64,000 nucleotides of DNA, taken from contig NIVC01002960.1 in assembly GCA_002269645.1 (NCBI GenBank), positions 64,477 to 128,476 on the forward strand, read 5' to 3'. Source of the DNA: Macrostomum lignano. Taxonomy: Eukaryota. The notes beneath the pieces are model-generated. The model was given only the letters and a program-made list of their open reading frames with translations. It ran no database searches and had not been told where the DNA came from. Made by a program: the position numbers and the translations under genes. Position 1 is the first letter of the stretch. Every line of letters begins with the position of its first letter. Shown in pieces: positions 60,184 to 64,000 of this stretch.

Positions 60184-61719
60184 CTCAGCGGCCGGTCGCC
60201 AACCGAAGCTTGCTGCGAACTCGCAGCCGCAAGTGCGGCGGACACTGCGGAACAAAAAAGCAAGACACCACGGAGAGAGTTCGGGAAGAGAAACCTGATC
60301 CCCTAGGATGCGGGAGTGCCAGACCGGCCGGGAGGCGGCACGAGCTGCTGCTGGATTATGAATGCAGCTCCCCAGCCTGCAGCAGCTTTGCAGTTTCCAC
60401 AACTTGGCTTGCCAAGGCCTGGAAGTCAGCGCTGGGCCGCCTCATCAGGCTGGCGCCCTCCCACTACTAATCTCCTTCATTATCGCCCCGCTCTGTCCGA
60501 CGCGGGAGACTTAAGGCGCCTGGGATCAAAATATCCATCCATTTCTTCTTTTCCCTTACCCCATCCCAGTCCGGCTCCTCTGGCCTCTCTACCCCCTTCC
60601 TCAGATTGAAATCCGTGGAGTCGCGCCAGCCAGAGGCTGCCGTGGTGTCGTGAAATTAGTGTCAATTATGGCGGCGGGTATCGGGAGGCTCCGAGAGGGG
60701 TGGGTTGGGGAGGGGATTTTTCGCCCTCACGCTCTCTCACTCCCTCTGGGGGGGGGGCAAAAGTACCCGGCTGGTTGCTTGGCGCAGCTGAGACAGCTCG
60801 TCCATATTCGCTTAAGCCTCAGCCTAGGAAAAGTAATTTTGTTGTTTTTTGTTTGCTTTCTTTTCTGGAGCCCGAGAGAGCACACGTTGGTACTCAAGAA
60901 GTCGCGAATGGCTCTCCATTCGCGGTGGCAGAACCTGCTTCCCTTTCAGTCTCATTGCTGCAAGGCTCCAAAAGCAAACAGCGGCATTTTTCTTTTGGGT
61001 CAAGCAGCGAATCAGACAGATTCGTCCTCACGGCTCAGTGTCCTTTCTGGGTTATCTTGAATGCAACCAGCAAGAGAAAATGCAAAATGATGAAGCGTCA
61101 AGATAAGAACGGTATGGCAGGCCTCAGATAAATTTCAAGAATTAGGTAGGTAGGTCACACTACCAAAGCTCTACCAAAGTCAAACCGCATTGTCGTCACG
61201 CGTCTTCTGGCACTGTTCCAGGTCTCTGCATGCGCCAGGGCGACACGCATCGGCTGCTTTCTACAGTCAGGGGCTCAGCTTCCTCTGCGATGGAGCGCGA
61301 CTCGCTGTTCCAAAGCCCGCAACACCGAGGCAGCCCAGTGGAAGTGAAGCCCGGGATGAGCCTATCCTATCTGACAAGTCGCCAACACCGCCCTCAGACC
61401 TTCGCAGAGAACTTTGGGTGCGCGCGAATTCCCAATGAGCGCCAGGGACTTCCGTCATTGGCTGCTAGCGGCGATCCCCCAGCCAGTCTGCACTAAACTT
61501 CCTCTCCGTGTCTCTCGTATTCCATTTCCGAAAGTTCCCTCGCTGACAGCATAGAACTGAGACCAGGACCGAAAAGTCCGACATTACCAACTGTAAGCAG
61601 AAGCCCCAGCATTGCTCAGCCACAATTGAAACTGCGCTCACTGCAGAAGCAACGGTGCAGGAGCGACACACTCCGCTCAGCCTGGTGCTACACTGGCTTG
61701 GAACTCGAGCCGTGCCGAA

Positions 61720-63879
61720 ATGTCCAACCAGACACAGCAGCTGAAACAGGGTCGCAGCAGCGGTGGCGGCGATCACAGCAGCCCCTGTGTCCCCGGCTCG
61801 ACCTCCTTCAGCGATTGTCTGCAGCCTAGGTCACCCACCTCAGCTCAGCAGATCGGCCAGATGGTGCTCGCGTTCTCCAAGCGGTCGACCATCCACGGCC
61901 TCAATCACATCGCGCAGGCCAGAAGCGCCAGGCGGCGAATCTTCTGGATGCTGATTTTCAGCGCGGCGAGCTGCGGCTTCCTCACGAATCTGTATCACAT
62001 CGCCGTGAAGTACATTCAAGTACCGGTGCTCACTAACGTCAAGCACGACCACTTGTCGTTCAAGTTTCCGGACATAACAGTCTGCAACATAAACCCGATT
62101 TTCTTTCCACCGAAGAACTCGCAGCACTACGAAGACTTATTGAGAGTCATTAAGCAATACGACCAGGATAAAAAAATCTACAAGCAGCGAGCAGCAAAGC
62201 TGAAGAACTGGAAAAGGGGCGTCTTCACTAGCGTCATAAACGGCGTGTACATATCGGACTACCTGTACATGCAGAGAAACATCACCTTGTACAGCATCCC
62301 GCACGAGATATTTGTGCAAGACTGCAGGTACATGGGCACTCACAAGGACAGCTGCTCGAGCTCCTGGATCACGCACCGTCGCTGGCCGTACGGAGCCTGC
62401 TATCAGCTCAACATCACCAAGCTGGGCCGCGACGCCATCAGCCGATCCAACAAGAAGGCCTTCAGCAGCGGCTTCCGGCCCGACCTGTTCCTCCTGCTGT
62501 ACAAAGGAGTCGAGTACCCGGACGAGTTCAAGTACCTGGACGCACACGGTCTCATCGGAATGCCCAGTGGGGTGCTTCTGATGCTGCACGAACCCGGGAC
62601 TTATCCGCAAATTGGCGAGAGCTTCCTACTCGACAAGTACGCCCAGGTTGACCTTCACATGACCCGCAAGCAGCACCTGCGCAAGCTGAAGTTGTGCGAG
62701 TCGCACAGAGACATTTACGATTATGTGGATGTTGAAACTGGCGAGAGACGCTTCTACAAAGAGACGCGCACCGACTGCGTGGAGAACATCACGCAGACTG
62801 CCATCAAGCAGCAGTGCAAGTGCGTCGGCCACGAATACCCGCTAAAGTATGACGACGAAAAATATCCGTTCTGTCGGGATTTCAAGTGGTTCGACCAGCA
62901 CTTTAACGACAGCGATTGCGCCAATCGAATGCACCGTCAGGTAAAGGAGGCGAACCCGTTGAAGATGTGCTACAAAGACCTGTGCGAGCACACCACCTAC
63001 TCAACTGTGATCAGTCAGGCTAATTTTCCAGCCGTGATTGAGCGCAAAACGCACCGCGGTTGGCTGAGACTGCTGAGCATGATGGAACGCGATGAGCTAA
63101 AAAAGTACGGAACGACAGACCTGGCATCCAAGGCCCTGAAACTCGATAGCACGACAGAGCCGATGAACATCTCAGAGGTGCTGACGAACGGCCAGTTTGA
63201 GCTTCTCAACGTAGATTTCGTGGAAAGAAATTTCATGTACTGCGGATCGTTCCATCGTCTCTGTTTGCTGACGAGATGCTCGAGACGAGGAGTACCCGCT
63301 GAGCCGCTTCCTCACTGACGTCGGCGGCTGCGTCGGCCTGTGGGTTGGCGCTTCTCTCATCACCGTGTTCGAGTTCTGCGACCTGCTGCTCGACTTTCTG
63401 GGACTGGACGCCATCTTCCGGCGCAAGCGCTCGGTTCGCAGAATGGACACTACTATGGCCAGCTGCGGCGGGCGCTGTCCCCTCACGAGGAGGTCACTCG
63501 GCTGGTTGAGTACAACCGCAGGACGCCGCTACCGCCGCCGCCGTCGCCGCAGATGACGCGAAACTCGCCGGCTGACATAAATTCGGCTAAAGGAGGGCAG
63601 GACGACGAGGCGGGCAGCAACAGCGTGGCGACGGCAGCGGGCGGCGGCGACAGAGAACAGGCTGAACAGCGGCATCACAATGTCGGCCTCCACCCTGAGC
63701 TGCAGCTCGGCGGCGGCGACCCGGTGAAGCGGCCCGCGGGCGGTGCAGATCGGCATGGTGTCCAGTGTGTAGCGATCGCTGTATCAAATTTTAAGAATCG
63801 AAGTCTTTCGCGACTTTATTTCGCCCCGCCTCCCGCTTCCCTGCTTGCTTCCCGTTGCCCCAGCACCAAATACCTGTAA
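61720..63879 (+). CDS. DEG/ENaC-family ion channel subunit with three apparent -1 frameshifts (about 63240, 63286, 63433)
   Basis: STIHGL (HG motif), RIFW TM1, FPDITVCNINP, Cys-rich thumb, and after the shifts YPLSRFLTDVGGCVGLWVGASLITVFEFCDLL (TM2 with GAS filter). No intron seen. The C-terminal end is uncertain. Confidence 0.9.
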
Positions 63880-64000
63880 AATCTGCTTGCACCTCCTCAT
63901 TAATCATGCCCTGTGTGCCGTTCGCCCGAATCCCGTGCATTTCTTCAGCCTCTCACGCGCAGCAGCCGCTGTTCATTTGCACCGAGATTCTTCAGCGGAC

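Overview
Eukaryotic (metazoan) genomic DNA: GC-rich exons, small GT-AG introns, and larger introns filled with micro/minisatellites. This style suggests a flatworm such as Macrostomum, but that is inference only. Left to right: a young full-length Mag-type Ty3/gypsy LTR retrotransposon (1150-5441); a minus-strand classical-cadherin-like gene (5906-10565); a 4-EF-hand calmodulin-like gene; an intronless divergent SLC15/POT-like transporter; a tandem cadherin paralog lacking the catenin-binding tail (17838-23207); a LINE remnant; an orphan ORF; a six-exon single-pass membrane protein with a tyrosine- and proline-rich tail (29610-40482); an orphan type I membrane protein; a claudin/PMP22-like gene; and a DEG/ENaC channel with apparent single-base-deletion frameshifts. 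Two tRNA-derived SINE families and two CpG-free AT-rich islands are also present. The most striking candidate system is the cadherin pair. Both genes splice a signal peptide almost directly onto the membrane-proximal NC-EGF-LamG-EGF-LamG-EGF module, with no canonical cadherin repeats. One keeps the beta-catenin-binding tail, the other is tailless, and the two ectodomains show patchy homogenisation. All gene models were built by eye from splice consensus and reading-frame continuity; no database searches were run.
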